Assembly: GCA_964247055.1 (NCBI GenBank)
Contig: OZ176050.1
Location: 12,958,001 to 13,022,000, forward strand
Direction: 5' to 3'
Length of the DNA stretch: 64,000 bases
Source: Paragordius varius
Lineage: Eukaryota > Animalia > Nematomorpha
The translations under genes were made by a program, and so were the position numbers. A model generated the notes under the pieces. The model ran no database searches. It was not told the origin of the DNA and saw only the letters and a list, made by a program, of their open reading frames with translations. Shown piece after piece: positions 36,071 to 51,000 of the stretch. Positions within the stretch are counted from its first letter, which is position 1. Each line of letters opens with the position of its first letter.

Positions 36071-39000
36071 ATGTTGGAAACTTCAAGCAGTTATAAAGAC
36101 GATAAATATGATGAATATTATCTTGGAAAGACTGAAGAAACAAATAAAAACTTGTCTGTGAACAATCAAAAAATTATTTTTCACAAATGGGGCTCTTTTA
36201 GTTATTCCTCTCTTAAGCCTTGTACAAATACGGCAACGCCTTCTCCCGATTTAACTTCAAAATTTATATCTAAACCAAAGAAAATTGATACATCACCTCA
36301 TGCTTTTAACGTAACGTCGAGATTTGATCCTTTTTATTTTGAGGATGAGAAAGCTCCCCCGAAGTTAAGTAACAGTTACCTTAAACCCATTAATAAAGAG
36401 AATGTATCACGTAAACGCTCTGCTTCGAAACTTGTCAAAAATATTTTAAAGAAAAATAAAAAGTTGGCTCAAAAGAACAATCCTGTTTCCAAGGAACAAA
36501 CATCCGGACCACCAGCTAAACGATTTTTTAAAATTTCTTCACCAAGATTTAACCAGTTAAATCATAAATCAACAGTATCAAATAAATCTTTATCCGATAT
36601 TATTGCAAAGAATTCAGTCACTCGTGTAAAAATTCCAAAGCCATCTAAAAACAATGAATCATTTAATGACGTTTATAAAAAGTCGAAAATGTTAAAAACG
36701 CCCGTAAAAACATCTCCAAGCCTTTCTTCTCAAACATCTACACATTCTGGGACGCCTAGACTTTCAAGAAATTCCTTAAAAGCAGGAAGCGTAATATTTA
36801 GTAAAGTTGGTTCAGACATTAAATTAACACCCACATCAACCCTAATAAAGTCAGCTAAACAAAAAAGTTTGCTGAGAACTGTTAGTGACAACAAAAAAGT
36901 TTTGTTTAAAAAACAACCTTCTTCGTCTTCATCAACCACCAAAAGTAAAACTGGTGATGGTCTTTCCAACGGAAGCCATGTTTCTTCAAAGCTTGTCAAA
37001 TCCGGTCAAAACGTCGCAAATCACTTGCAAAATGGATTGGTATTGAATGGGCATTCTATCGATTCGACAGTACCCACGTTAAAAGAAAATTTAGCCGCTC
37101 AAAATACTGAGGACCCTGAAACAGCACCTAGACGACGTACTTCTACACGATTACGTTTCTCTAATACTAATGAAAAAAATCAGGGGCTTAATGGAGTAGT
37201 TACCAGTACTGTTTCAAAGATCAAAGCAAAAAATAGATCCGATTCCTACGACGCAGACACCAGTAAAATAATTGATGATGATAATGTGAATGAGGATTCA
37301 CCTTTAGCTTCTTTACAAATAGCTGAATATACGAAAAACCCTAAAATAACCAACACATCTAAAACAACTACCAAAATAAAACAAAATGAAAAGCTAAGAA
37401 AAAAATATAAAAACTCTACTTCTGCTTTCTCGTCTAAAGGCTCCAACCAAAATAAATCCGAGATTGAGAACAAAGGTGGTGAAATTTCGTCAGATACTGA
37501 GGATGAAAAGCCTTTGGCTGTTTTAGTTAAAACATCTATTACTACTCCTATTATCAATAATGCACCAACCAAAAAATTAATTTTGCCCCCTAAAAAACGT
37601 ACAAGAGGTGTGCTGTCAAGCGAAGATACTCTGACACTTGTCGTCACAAATGATGCTTCAGCAAATACTACTGATGTCAAAACAAATGTATTGAGTACAG
37701 AGATGGATGTAATAAAAGGCTCCCAAGAAAATGTCCATATTAATCCACCCAATAATGATTTTACACCAGTTATATCAGCAGAACAAGGAGAGGAACGGCG
37801 AGAAAGTCCTGCCGAAATTTTAAGAACTGAACATTTGGACACATCAACTGCCAGTAGTAGCTCACTCAATACAACACCCCTAAAGACGTCTCCACAACCA
37901 AATCAGCATCTAAGCCCTCCAACATTGAATGATAAAACTAAAAACTCTCCGCCTAAAAATGATAGTATTAAAAGTTTAATAAATGACCATATTGATGATA
38001 TTGATCATAATAACGAAATTATTGAGAAAGATACAGTAGTACGACCGGTTAAAGTTAGTGTGATAAAAACTGTTGATTCCTTTAAAAAACGAGATAAAGT
38101 AACCACCTCAAAATTATCTTCGATCCCCTCCATTCATGAAAGTTATCCATCCAAATATGCACATCCTGTCTCATCAAATAACACAAACCTTGTTGTCAAA
38201 CCACGTGAGCGCAAAATATTTACGTCCTCTAAGGTAATTTATTTTATTTTGAATGTTATCTAATTTATTCATTTCATAAGTTTTGACATGATAAATGTGC
38301 GTAAAAATGTTACAAAATTTCGTGTTGATTACACCCCAAAAAACTGAGTATATAAATGGGTGCGTTGAGTATTGAAAATTAACTATTGACAACTAAAAAT
38401 AAAAGTATACAAAGTAAATTTAAGTAATTGGGTAAATGAGTTGTTATTGATTGATTTCAACTATTGTACGACATTACTTGTTCGACTATCAACATATTTC
38501 GCCAATTTGCCAAACAAACTGTTTATGAGTTTAAGCAGGGCACCCGATCCATCTGCACCAGCGCCTCCGGGTTTAATTGCTTGACCGGCGGCACCGGCAG
38601 CTGGTAAATGGGTTTGATGAGCCTTTTTCCACATTTGAATGCCCGAGTGCAAAAAGTTCTTCAAGAAAGTTTTGGCTTTCTTAGCATCCTCAGGGGCTAG
38701 GTCTACGCGATACTTCTCCAAAAACTTGGACATTGGATCCGTGGGTGGGAGTTGATTGAGGGGTCTTTTATCGGTTCCTTTGTATCTAGTATATATCCAT
38801 GGAATAAATGGATCATAACAGAAAAAAAGTTCTGTATTTTCCCTAATATATACCCCATTTACATATCATGAAATTTCTGCCATGATTATGTGACCGTAAA
38901 ATCATTTTTAAGACAAAATTCTGATTATATGTGTGATAAAATACAACTAGAACTTTTTTCATCATCGATGTTTCATTTGTTTAAAAATATGGTGAACTGT

Positions 39001-42000
39001 TTTATTTAAATCTTAAAGAATTGATTATGAAAAGTTAATCTGCCTATAAAAAATTTTTATAAAGAAAATAATAATTATGAATAATTATTAAATTGCTCTA
39101 CCCATTAACCCAACCGTTTAAAAAAATAAAAAATCCTACACTTTTTTCATTATTGATTAACTGATAGAAAAGTTTTATAGAGGCAATCGTTTTCTATTAA
39201 AATAGGTAAGAAAACACATTATGTGGGAACAATACATGAAATACAATGCTAAAAATATCCTTATATTGGCGAAGGGTAAATATGGTATGCATGTAAATAA
39301 GTAAAAATATTTAATTTACTCGTCTATTGCCGTGCATGAGATGTTTCATTTTACATATATGGCTTAACTAATAAAATCAAAAAATTTCATACATGCCAAC
39401 AGACGAGTAAATTAAATACCCTTTTATCCATTTAAGATACAGATATGGCTTATATAATTATAACTGTGCTTGTTATTGTCTATTAAATTAATAATTAATT
39501 AATTATACCTCACAATGTTATCAAACAAGATGTCAAAGTAATGATCATACAGGGCAGTTTTATTTTTATGTTGTTGAATCGGGGGGTGTTGTGGAACTCC
39601 TCCAGGAGCTACGGTTCCACCCGCTGGTACAGAGGTGGGGACCAAGTCACTAGCGGCTTTAGCTTTAATCTTGTCTTTAATGAAATCAATGTCATCTTTT
39701 TTATCGTTTGACAAATCACCCGTGATTTGATGGAATTTTTTTACGACCGGTTGATACTTTTTAAGATCATCCACCTTAACATCCTTGAGTGATGTGTCCA
39801 AAAATTTTCCAATCCCTTCATCAAAAGCCTTGTGCAAAATATCATCTTTTGAACCGAAACGTTGAAATGGAGCAGTTTCATCCACTACGATTTCGCGTCC
39901 AGCCACATAATTTAATACAGCGACCAGAGAAACTATTAGAAATTGTGCAAACATCATTTTTATGGGTTAGGGTATATTATAATAGATGGCTAGAGGCAAA
40001 AAGAAATTGTGATTATGAAAGCATAAAAGTTTTGTTAATATATTTGATTCTATTATTAGAAAGTTTAACGATTAATATATTTCATTTTTTATCAATTAAA
40101 CTTTGTTGTTTTTTTGGGTGACCTTACTACTTTTATTACTGCTAACTAAGTGAATCTTACTGATCTACTCTTTATTATATAGCTCAATAGTTTAATTTAA
40201 TAAAAGTTTGAGGCTTTGAACAACTGTAAATTGAATATGTTTTTGCCTCCGCAAAATATGTGTGACAATAAACTTTGTTTTGTTTTCAAGATTATAGATA
40301 GAGTATGTTGAATCTGTCAACCGTTTTTTGACACCCCAAACACTTTTAAAAACAACGCATACTAGCTCTTTAGCAAGATATTGAATAAATTATATGTATA
40401 AAACAATTAAATTTTCTGCCAATAAGTAATGTATAATTTCTGAATTTAATTTTAATGATTTCATATATATATATACATAATCAATATATCAAAAAGTACA
40501 TACTTTGTAATCAATCGATATTAGTATAAACTAATTAAATGATTGTGGCAATATCAATTATTAAGTATATAAGTTTAATGGCTAATTTTTCACTAAGTTT
40601 CGCTAGTTAAGTTTAAAATTCAGAGCATAGTATGTTTATACAATAGTAGAATCATTTTTTTTATAATTTGAATGTACTAATATATAACAATTTTCGCGTT
40701 CAATAGTTTTATGAAAAAAAGATTAAATTTGTTTAAATTTCATGCGACACTTTTGGCCTTTATGACATCCATTGTGATAATTTACCGCAATTGATATATA
40801 TCATTTTGAGTTATCACAGATTTCAGAAAATTTAAATTATATTTGTTTGTGAAATTTAAGTTTCTGAATATACAATATTCTACGCTATGATTCTCACCAT
40901 AATTGAATTACTTGCGTTAATATTGAGAAATAAAATTTCTGTATCAAAAAATTATTGATAGGCCAGATTTATTATAGATCTATCTTTGAATTATTAGTAT
41001 TATACTTCTTTTCAACAGACTAAATAATTTTTATATATATAAACTTTGCAGAGTGTCTTATTTTAGAATTTATTTCTGTTTTGGTGTCTTTACTTGGGAT
41101 AAATATAGTAGGGGTTTATACCAATCTTTATAGAAAAACTTTAAATGACCTGTCAGTTAAAGTGTGTTTGTCTAATAATGGGGTTTTTGTAATTAAGATT
41201 TTTTTTATGTTAATCCTTTTCCATTTTTTTCCAAATTTGATATTTATCCTCGTTACCAATTACAGTATGAGTAAGTATACATTGCTCGAAAGTTATTAAT
41301 TATTGCCAAATAGTAAAGAAAACAAAGGGCAGTATTATTGGCTTTTAGTTATTTTTTTCACTTTTTACTATAAATAGCCAATTATACCGCCTTTTGTTTT
41401 CTTTACTTTTTAGCAATATTTAATTACTTTCTAGCAATAATTTGAAATAAAAATATATTAATAATTTAATTTTTTCTAAATTGCAATTGAGCTGGGCAGT
41501 GGCCTCTCCAGTAAATTATATTCAATATTTGTTGGCGCCCTTATGTAAAAATATATGCAGAATAAAATATATTATTTATCATTAATCGGCTCCCTTTTGA
41601 TTATAACGCTCATATCTGTGCAGATATTATAAAATTGATGCACACTATTTTATTTTTCAAAACGAATATTTTTTTCCATTTGATTTACTAATTTATCAAT
41701 TATTTATTTCCAATTATATTGACTCTACAGTAAACTGGCATAAAGCTATTAGTTTGTATCAATCAATAATATATAAAAAAATTTAATTGATAAATTTTAA
41801 ACTATACTAGTCCATGAAATGCAATCGGAATTGCTGTAAACGGATCAAACATATTATTTTTTTAGTTATTCAATTCTCAATACTGTTTTTTCTTTATTTA
41901 AAACTATATAATTTTTGATTTTTAGAGAAAAGTAGCACGTATAAAAACATTTTGCTGTTTATATGTTTTCATTTTTTTTGGCATATTGCCTCGAATTTAA

Positions 42001-45000
42001 ATAATTTGACCATCTGTAAATCAAATAACATTGAAATTATAGCCATGAGAATCGCACTGGAATAAAATTTTTGGCTCAAAATTTCTTGAAACCACTGTTT
42101 TTAAAATATTTATTTTTTTGAAAAATAGTAATTAACACTGACTTGTAATAGGTATCTTTTCGGTTTTGTTGCCCTTATTTAATTTTTCTATGTCGTCTTT
42201 AAAATTAATTTTACAAGAACTCCCTATATATCTGACACCAATCAACATTATGCTTTTTTATTAATACTTTTGAATTTTATATGAATTTTTTGTCCCCGGG
42301 GCCTAAATTTGTAATTAAATATAAAAAGGAAAGTTTATAGATTTTTGATTGTACAAAATATCCTAGAATATTTAAAGATCAAATATTTGAGTGGTTGAGC
42401 CATGATAAATTATATTTAAATTTATAAAATTAATTCACGTAGTTTACAATAATTGCAGTTGGTCTCTATGTATTACTTTTAATGGGATTAATAATAATGG
42501 TTTTTTTATAAAGTTCTGGTTATTTTATTAAGTTTACTGCTTTCTTCCCCACGGTTAATAAGTTTGGTTTGATTTGCATTTATGTGGCGTGCTTTGATGA
42601 TCCTTATCTTAATTATAGGGATGTCCAACACGCTTATTTCGGTACTCAAAAGTGTTCTAAAAATGTTTAAATAAATAAAAAATTGGAATCAAATTTACAA
42701 TTATTTAGATAATCTAGTATCCAACAATAGGCTAAAAATTATAAAAAAAAACCCAAAATTATGAAATCAGCCGCCGCGAACATATTTGTGTTGGAACCCC
42801 TGTTTTAATGTTTTGTTTTTCAATGTAAAAAATATTAATTTCTCTACTAATTTTTGGTCATGGTAATATAGGCGTTGAATGCTGATGATTCAAGTTTTAT
42901 GTGTTTTTTAATTCGTTTGTCGATCCGGTCTTTTTGTTTGACCAATGTAACAATAATAATATTCACAGTTTGTTTGATGTAGTTTCAAAATTTTTTTGGT
43001 TTTCTTCCGATTTTAGGGGTATGGATTGTGAATAAACTCTAATTTCTTTTTTCAGTTTTTTCGCTATTCTCTTATTGTACAGTAAATTTTTTTTACTGTG
43101 ATTTCGGTTTTTCTTTATTTTGAATTTATTTAATTCCTAGGGCTAATATGTTTTGTAATTTTAGGCATGATTGGTTGATTCATGTAAGGGTAGTTATGAG
43201 CAAATAATATTCTTGTCCGGGGCGCTGTAATTATGGATATAAAAGTGGCAGGAGTACGACTTATAAACGCTTGAGTCAATTTTAATGTTATCAACTGAAG
43301 TTAACATCTAGAGGCAAACAGTCATAAAGCGTTAATATCTCATTACTAATAATTTATAACAAAAAATCTAGTGTTAAATTTTTTGGGTTTTTCGCAATTT
43401 TACTTTTTTAAATATGTTTTTTTAAATAACGTATTTAAAGGGCATATAATGCAAATTTTATATACCCAATATCATAAATATTTTTAAATTTGAAATAAAT
43501 CTGGGTTAGAAAACCAATGCAAAAGGTATTAAGTTTTTACAAACACTTTAATAAATATCAATATACCTCCTGAAATGACTTTTAATTTGATTCAGTTATC
43601 GAGGAATATTATACAAAAAGGTTTTAAATTTAATATTACCATCTACACCAGAGGTGTCCAACACACGAATGGCTTCGCGGGCCGCGTCTGAAAGATATGT
43701 GTGGACATTCATATATAATTATATTAGATATCAAATATAAGACTGTATGATGCATACACAATATAACATTTTAGTTTTTGCCAATTAGATAAACAAATAT
43801 AGAAAAATTATTTTCAGAATTTACTTACTAAGATTTTTCCAGCATATTTTAAATGGATATCCAGATTTTCTCGCGGCCTAAAGGCGGGCTACTTGTTGGC
43901 TATACCTGATCTAAATGTGTTCCAATCAGTGAGCATAAAAAATATCCCAATGAAATATATATATTCACTCTAATGGATAGATCTATCATTCTTAAACTGC
44001 TTTTGGTTTTGTGAATTTATTATTAATTTTTCATAAAACTACAACATTCAAAAAGCAAAACAATATTTAAATTTTAAACCCCTGTAAAATGGGCTCTCTT
44101 GAAAACGAGGAAATGCCCAGATTGTGCGATAACAATTTCTAATATATGTTGGATTTTGCCATCAAAATAAATTTTTTTTAAGAAAAGCATTGTTGAAGCA
44201 AGCGTGGCGTTATCGATAATTATAAATATAACCACTTTATATTGGATTCTGCATAATGAATGGGGTTAAAATACCAGAAAAATTAGGTCAAAAGGAATTT
44301 TTTTAGCTTTAGTGTTAAGAGTTTTTGAATAAATTTTTGAAAAAAAAACACTTTAATGAGAAATTTTGCGTTTAAGTTTATCTTTATGATAAATGTTAGT
44401 TAACAAATTAAATTTATGTATTTATCCATTGTACTTAATTTTATTTAATCCACAAAAAATGCGATTTTCGATTTTGGCTTATAAAAAAAATAAATATAAT
44501 ACTTTTCATATCTTAACCCCATTTATTATTTCGAAATTCAATATCCTAATTTTAGCCATTAACACATGGGTACAACACTTTCATTTCAGGCCTTTTCAAA
44601 TTGGATACTTTAAAAAATATGGAATGAATTGAAACCATGGCAAAAGTTTGCACTTATATAACATTAATAAATCGATTTAAAAAAATTTATTCAAAAATAC
44701 TTGATATTACTTATTTTGAGGGAAACCTCAAAGGTAAAAAACATGACATGTGATTAGCTAAATTTAAAAATAATACAAAAAATTTATGCGTTTATATCTA
44801 TGGATGTGATTTCAATAAAAAATAAATTTTTTAGCATTAGAATCAAATAAACACATTTTGCAAAAATGTAAAATTAAAATGGCGTCGAAGTAGTTGGATA
44901 TAAAAACCTTTTTTTTGATACTAAATTTTATTTAGATATTCGGCTTATTATGTATTTTTATCAGGATAGGAGCATAAATTTAAATTGGGACCGTTTCTTT

Positions 45001-48000
45001 CAGTAGTTTTATAAAATATTAATATAAATATAGTCTGGGGTATATAGACCCAATTTAAATCAAAGGGTTATTAATATACATATTGTCTACATTTTTTATA
45101 AATTCTCTTCTCTATTTAATATATGTTAACATATAAAATCATGAATATTAGACTCAAATTTATTGAGCTTTGTTCTTTTCAGATTGTTTTATTTTATTGT
45201 GTAAATTTTTGATATAATTATTTAATTTTCTCAACTGCAGCGGTATATAAATTTTCAATTTATATTATAAATACTTTAAATCCCCCTATTCAATCACGAT
45301 AATAGAAAAGATTTTAAGATTTATTATTTTTAATAGTTGACATATAAGTTAGTTTTAAGTCATTCCATTTTTTGACTAAAGAACACATTATATGCCCAAA
45401 TATACAGTAAAAATTGAAAATATGCAGAGAAAGCGTAAAAATATAAAGACAAATATTTTTTTCTAAAAGACAACCATACTTTATAAAGCTTGTTTTTTTA
45501 AATGTATATCATTGTTAAAAATTGCAAAGTATTAAATAGAAATGTATATTGGTAACAATCAATTATAAATTTTATAATTGTAATTAAATATTAAATGCGA
45601 AAAATTAAGGTTTAAGAAAGTATGGTTGGTTGTCTTTTAGAAAAAAAATATTTCTCCTTATATTTTTACGTTTGTCCGTATAATTTCAATTATTACTGTA
45701 TTTATTTATCCATTTGATATTGATTATCACAATTTACTCTTTGATTTGTTATATTAATCAATTGTTGTTGACCAATGATGTTATATCTAGAATTATTGTA
45801 AAATCAATAACAATTTTTTTCCGTTTAAGGTTAGGAAGGATACATTGTTCAAAATTTATGCATAAGAATAAAGAAGATATTTTTCAAATTCTCAGACGCT
45901 TATGTTTAAACAAGACTTGTTATTTGTTTTAATGATTAATAAGATTCCAATTCCCATTACTAAACATATTATACATTATGAGAATTTTATATTTTATAAA
46001 GCATATATTTCTTTATATTTTTTCTTTAGCGGCAAATACGATTCAGCACTTACAGTCATGTATCCTTTATTTTATCAAAAAATTTTTTTTTTGTTAAATG
46101 GGTATAAATATTTGGTAAAGAATGGAAAAACAAGAGCTCTATGGTAATTCTTATACTTTTTAGATGAATTATGATATTGTTAATACCATAGAGCACTTGT
46201 TTTTACCATTCTTTACCAAATATTTATACCCACAAAAAAATAAATTTTTGATAAAATAAAAAATACATGTTTGTAAGAGTTTATTGCTTTTAAATTATAT
46301 ATAAACTTAGCCTTTGCAAAAATATAATCTTTTTTGATTTTGGTTGCAGGAATGTCCAACACGCTTTTTTAGGTACTCAAAAGTTCTCTAACATATGTTA
46401 AAAAAATAAAAAAATAGATTTCAATCAAACGATTATTGATATCATCCAAAATTTGGGGTAAAAATAAATAAAAAACCAAAATTTATCAAAGCAGCACGCG
46501 AAATATATGTGTTGAACACCCTGTTTTAAAGGCTTAAGGCCCCCCATTAGGAATATCATTTGCTGATATATAAGAATGTGTTAAACACAAATATGTTTTG
46601 AATTAATTCTTTTTAACAAAGTTTTATTAACCAACCAAGAGTTTATCAACAAAAGGGCCTTTCCGGTCACTTCTTATGGATCAATTACAGTCATGTATCC
46701 TTTATTTTATCAAATATTTATTTTTTTTCGTTAAATGGGTATAAATATTTGTTAAAGAATGAAAAAACAAGAGCTCTATGGTAATTCTTATACTTTTTAG
46801 ATGAATTATGATATTGTTAATACCATAGAGCACTTGTTTTTACCATTCTTTACCAAATATTTATACCCACAAAAAAATAAATTTTTGATAAAATAAAAAA
46901 TACATGTTTGTAAGAGTTTATTGCTTTTAAATTATATATAAACTTAGCCTTTGCAAAAATATAATCTTTTTTGATTTTGGTTGCAGGAATGTCCAACACG
47001 CTTTTTTAGGTACTCAAAAGTTCTCTAACATATGTTAAAAAAATAAAAAAATAGATTTCAATCAAACGATTATTGATATCATCCAAAATTTGGGGTAAAA
47101 ATAAATAAAAAACCAAAATTTATCAAAGCAGCACGCGAAATATATGTGTTGAACACCCTGTTTTAAAGGCTTAAGGCCCCCCATTAGGAATATCATTTGC
47201 TGATATATAAGAATGTGTTAAACACAAATATGTTTTGAATTAATTCTTTTTAACAAAGTTTTATTAACCAACCAAGAGTTTATCAACAAAAGGGCCTTTC
47301 CGGTCACTTCTTATGGATCAATTACAGTCATGTATCCTTTATTTTATCAAATATTTATTTTTTTTCGTTAAATGGGTATAAATATTTGTTAAAGAATGAA
47401 AAAACAAGAGCTCCATGGTATTAACAATATCATATTCATCAGAAAAGTATAAGAATTACCATAGAGCTCTTGTATTTTCCATTCTTTACCTAATATTTAT
47501 ACCCATTTAACGAAAAAAATAAATTTTTGATAAAATAAAGGATACATGACTGTAGTAAGATCACCAAATATAAAACTAAATAAATGCCTTTAAAAGCAAT
47601 ATAAATATTGCATCCCGAACGCATCAAACTCCAACACTTTTTGTGAATCAAGGTGTCTTAAGAAAAGGGTGTAACAGACCCACGTCGCTACTGGTCACAG
47701 GAGACGTCTCTTGCTGCTGTGATTCCAAACTATTCCAATGAATGATGTGTCAGTGATAGCCGCTTATTTGTTGTTTGACTTCTTGGAGGCATTACATTAT
47801 GTTTCAAACCTAAGACATGCATAATCAATGTTGACTGCAATATCCATTAAGATTATTTATATATACCATAAAATGCGTCACTATCTTAGGTTGATATTTT
47901 AGTCAAATTTAACGCAATTTTTTTGTATATACTACCTAATTTTATACTGAACACACTATGGAAATGGCGACAGTTAATTATTCACAAATGGTGTTTTATG

Positions 48001-51000
48001 AATGTATTAGGTATGTAACTAATTGTGGTCACGTGAATTAGATTGGAAATCTCGTGCTTCCCGTGCGCCCTAGCCCGCTTTAAACGGCGTATGCCTACCA
48101 TTTCCAGGTCCTATAAACAACTTCACGTTAACAAATAGAGTAAAAATTGGAAATATAAAGCAAATAATTTTCAAAAGAGTACATTTTTGAACCTTTTTTC
48201 ATAAATAAACTATTAATTACAATTGTTAAATTCATAATTGATTGATAAACAATTTACATTTCTAGTTAATTTTAAAAAAGTGCGGCCTTTGAAAAAATAT
48301 ATTTAATTTGAATTTTTACTGTATAAATCGGTCAATTCCACGCGATTCATGAATAATGTGCAATTCTTCCATATCATGAGCGTTTATATTTCCAAAGTTC
48401 ATAGTCCAACTTTTATCCACCTGGAGTTGTGCTGAAGTTAGTGTTCTATTATGTTCTAGATGTTCATGCTAAAATTGGTAAAATGTTCGAATTGGCGGGC
48501 CATCTTTGATTCATGAAAATTATTACAAATTTACAAAATAAGCGACTTATTGACCTATCAATTAACTTTAGCAAAACGAATTAGATCGTGATGGGAGATT
48601 AGAGCTGACCAACATTGCCTCCAAATAATGGCAACATTGATGTATTTAAAACAAGCATCGATGTATAGTGGAATGCTGCGGACATAGATTGAACATGGCC
48701 AACTCATATCTTTAATGGACTAAGTTGCCAATGATCCAAAAAAGTTGGATTTATATGCAAACTAAATATTTTAAGATGTCCGATTATGCCTCGCATAATT
48801 ATAGATTATCGGTGTGGCGTAACATGTTCAAACATAAAAGATTCAAATTTTATAAACATCTGTCTGCCACGCATTACTGGCGATATATACATGCCTTCAA
48901 AGAACTCGCAACTGCCTACCCGACACCTCCTGAAAAAAACCTTAACACTTCTCACAATAACCATCCCTCTCGCTAGTTGGCTGATGGCTCACCAACTTTG
49001 GCACAACTCCAGGAGCTCAACTAAAGTTGGATAATGAACATTGGATATTTAAACGCTTATAATATGGGAGAATTGCATTTTATTCATGAGACTGAGACCG
49101 ATGATGATATACTTGTTAACGCGCATTTGTTAGAAGCACTTGAAAATTCCTGATGAGTGGTAAAATAAAAAATGAACTTTTTGTGAAAATTAAATTAATC
49201 GTTATTTGCATAAGGAGGATATAGAGTGAGAGAGACAACGTCTACATAACTCGTTTAGAGCGCGCAGACGGGAAGCCCGCGAATACCAATCCAATGCTAC
49301 ATGCCGACGCCCAGATACGACGATAACATTTAGGTGAATAATATATAAATGTCACACTCTTCGCTGGCTGAATAATTGATTTTCACCATTTGCAGTTTTT
49401 AGTAAAAAAATAGCGCATAGTTTATGCCAAAAAACAGGGTTAACTTTGATAAGATATTTTTCACATATTGGAGTAGGATAGATATAAATTTAGGATAGGT
49501 AACTGACTCGTTTTTTATAAACCCATATAATATTCTTTATGGATAAAATTGCAATTAATTAAACTACTTGTCTTAGATTTATATATTAACGTATCCTTAC
49601 ATTATATGCTTCCTGTAAGTCAACCCAAGCCTGAAATAACTAAGCGTGTTGGAAGGGGCACCAAGGGTCGTCATAGTAGCGACGTGAGTCTGTTACAGCC
49701 TTTTTTAATGCACCTTGATGGGTATTAAAAGAATGTTGGAGTTTGATGCGAAAATTCTCTCGGCGATAATGGAATTTAATTCCAGGCTCCATGATTGAAT
49801 ATATGATAGCAGCATTTAATATTTTATTTTTCAATGAATTATTAATTATATATCTTTTTCTTTGACGATATAACTATCACGTTGACCCATAAATAGTGAT
49901 TGGAAAGACCATACACTTTAATTACTCATTTCTTTTTGGGAGTTACTGAGTTGTTAGTAATCATTTGTGTTGAGTAGATGCTCTTCAAACCTTTATTCGT
50001 TGTTTTGTTTCATCAAAAAGTTTCTTAAATTGTGACCGCTCTTTATATTTTTAAATCACTTTGAAACCTGGTGTAGGGTTTGTAATTTTAGTATTAGGAA
50101 CCTTTTTGTGAGATTTATTTAATCCTTATTTCAAATATTCACTATTACTTTTACTTATTTATATGTGATAAACTTAAATTTTTGGACTAGTTATGTTTAC
50201 TCGGTCCGACCCGATCCCAATCATACATTATATGGCCAATTTATTATAGCGTTCACAATTGCTATATAACTTCGATTCGAAATGGGGTATCTAGATACCC
50301 CAGACTATATTTAAGTTGTAAATTTTCAAATACTGAAAGAAACAGTATCATACATTTATGCTTCTATCCTAATAAAACTTGTATAAATAAGCTAAAATAT
50401 CTAAATATTATTTAGTTTTAATTTTTTTTATGTCAAACTACTTTGACACTATTTTTATTTTGCAACATTTTTGCAAAATATTTTATTTGATTCTGACGCT
50501 CAAGTTTAAGCTATTGTTTATTTAAATCACATTTTGCATTGATATAAATAGAAATAATGGCTTTTACTTTGCATTATTTTTCTATCTAGCTAACGCACTC
50601 ATGTCGTGTTGACTAAATTTTCACCTTGAGATTTATTCCTAGTGAGTAATATAAAGTATTTATATGAATCTTTTATTATATTTCGGTGCATGAATTTTAT
50701 ATAAGTGTATTCTATATTTTTGAAAAATTTATTTTTAAATAGGCCTGGGGTCCTCCCCAAAGACCCCAATTTGAATGGGGTACAGAAATGAATGTGTTTT
50801 ATCCAAGTGCATACAATACAAAAAAAAAAGCTTTGGATTTTAAAGTACAAAATATAAATGTTAAAAATAATGTGTGTTTCTCTTTTCTGTAAATAATATA
50901 GCATTTATAGTTCAAATTTACCCTTAAACAATTCAAATTCTCCCTTGAACAAATTTACCCTAAAAATAATGTGTTTTAAAAATGAATTTTTTTAAATTAA

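Noticed and set aside
48095-48125. FIGPGN resembling the parvoviral/adintoviral PLA2 calcium-binding loop
   Set aside because: No downstream HD catalytic motif and not conserved in the mirror arm.
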